NCBI GenBank assembly: GCA_036172245.1
Contig: JAYWIR010000021.1
Span: 1,240,001 to 1,304,000, forward strand
Reading direction: 5' to 3'
Origin: Raillietiella orientalis
Taxonomy: Eukaryota
Length of the DNA stretch: 64,000 bases
Below the pieces are notes generated by a model, which made no database searches, was not told where the DNA came from, and was given only the letters and a program-made list of their open reading frames with translations. Made by a program: the position numbers and the translations under genes. This document shows, one piece after another, positions 62,301 to 64,000 of the stretch; the stretch's first letter is position 1; each line of letters opens with the position of its first letter.

Positions 62301-64000
62301 CTCTCCAATGGCAGTCAATATATTGATGAGAAATCCTAAATGTTGGACAGGCTCACGAAGCTTCGGAACCAACGTATGCATGATGGAATTGAGGTATGGG
62401 CCAATCAGAGTGGGGGAACTAGCTGTAAGACGTCCGAGCAAGCGAGCTGCTTGCTCTTTGTTGCGTGTTATTCCACTGTGCTCGATCTCGATGAGTAACT
62501 AGCAAGAAGCATTTTTCTTAAACTTCTCATTTTTACTGTATCAGACCTGCAATAAGTGTTTGCGAAGGAAGGGAAGCACATATCCTGGATTCCGGACACT
62601 CAACCTTCCAATCAAACATAATGCCAGTTCGCGAATTTCGAAAATCTCATCATTTACGACAGTGAAGAGAGCATTCAGGCTTTCTGGCTGGGCAAGATGA
62701 TCATCAAAAACAGGATCCAAAGAAGCCAACACAAAATAACGAACTTCAGAATCTATTAGGAACAGAAAAGTAAACATTACAGAGAAAAAAAGACATCTTC
62801 CAGTGCAGACCTAAATCAGTAATACTGACGGCTAATAACTTCTCTAATACATGATGAACAGTCTGCATGACTGTAGGACTGTAACTCTTCTTTCCAATGG
62901 ATAAATTGATTAAAGAAACAGACATCAAGTGACAGCACGTACGCACAGCTTCTATGCGTACAGCTTTGTACTCACTGCAAAGAAAATGGTCTGCACAATG
63001 CCGCACAAATGGCATCAACGAGTGACCTAAAACGCCTTTAATATTCAGCACTTATTAACTTGTTTACCTCGAAAATCGAACATGCTCATAGTACGGAGGG
63101 CTAATGCAACAACTGCTGCATCAGGTAACTCTGAGCCAGATGCAACAGAAAAGTTATGACTCTTTTCTTGCCATGATAGACTTGATGGTGGGACTTTTAA
63201 AATGCCGGAAAGCATTTTGTACAAGCCATCTACGATATCCTTCTCCAAGCCACTAATCTTGACACACACATCATATGAAATTAATAAGAACATAATGCAG
63301 TACTTTAGTCAGTCCTTTCAGTGCAGCAGCTAAAGAAGCACTTAGATCAGCATTCATCATGGGTTCCAGAAGATCGCGAATGTCATTTATAATATCCTGC
63401 TGTAATGCTTGAGCAAGAAGGTTAATGCACACAAACACAGCTGGTTCTGTAGTCTGAGCACGCCTTTTAGATGTATCCTTTATTGATGATACAAGCCTTT
63501 TGCACATCTATCTTTGGAATTATGAAATACCTTGAGTGGCAAGTTGGACTTAATGGCATCCAAAATAAGTGAATAATGTTCAATGATATCTCTGCCTACC
63601 CCAGCAGATACCAACCCCAAGGCAACAAAAGTGGCATTTCTGTCTTTTTCACGGCGAAGATTTCCCAACAAATACATAACGGTTGTAGCAAGAAATCTAC
63701 AGAAATCACTGCTTATGAATTATCAAAATGAATTAACTAACTTATCCACAAACAGCTGCTTATTTAGTGCTGCTAATCTGGGTAGGATCACAAGCAGTAC
63801 TTGATGGATTATTCCATGACGATTACTTCGATGATTTAAAACCTGAAAGATAATAGTTGTCATCACTTCTGGTTATCTTTCTACCTTTGTGCAAATTTCG
63901 TTATAATGGTCGAGCATCAACTTCCTGCACTGCTGACTCTCATGAAGTGGAAGGTTGGTAGGTTCGAATAAAGTGAGGGTACTAGGAAAGAATGGGATTT
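56388..64000 (-). CDS. MTOR: Serine/threonine kinase mTOR, partial (HEAT, FAT, FRB, kinase, FATC); 5' end outside window
   Basis: [21 protein letters not shown], kinase [43 protein letters not shown] (last exon 56388-56403); many 41-55 nt GT-AG introns. Confidence 0.99.

Overview
Compact animal genomic DNA, probably arthropod (gamma-tubulin begins MPSE; a Wolbachia-phage-like relic is present), with mostly 40-60 nt introns. Host genes: 5' part of an AGAP/centaurin-gamma gene (-), a short DELE1-like Sel1 gene (+), RFC3 (-), intronless POLR3G/RPC7 (-), CGRRF1 (+, with a U12-type and a GC-AG intron), gamma-tubulin (-), EEA1-like (+), an intronless EF-hand/WD40 WDR49/WDY-like gene (-) and the 3' ~7.6 kb of mTOR (-). 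The main observation lies between the genes. Four 4-7 kb blocks (about 10.8-17.9, 24-29.5, 34.2-38.6 and 45.8-50.9 kb) are mosaics of decayed foreign sequence: mononegavirus-type L/RdRp relics, a near-full-length orthomyxovirus-like nucleoprotein relic, a Wolbachia phage WO RepA/primase relic and many retrotransposon fragments. Within each block the protein-coding relics share one strand, antisense to the neighbouring host gene whose transcription would most plausibly cross them. This resembles dispersed, gene-coupled uni-strand piRNA mini-clusters (inference). All homology calls come from hand translation and remembered motifs, not database searches; relic boundaries are approximate.
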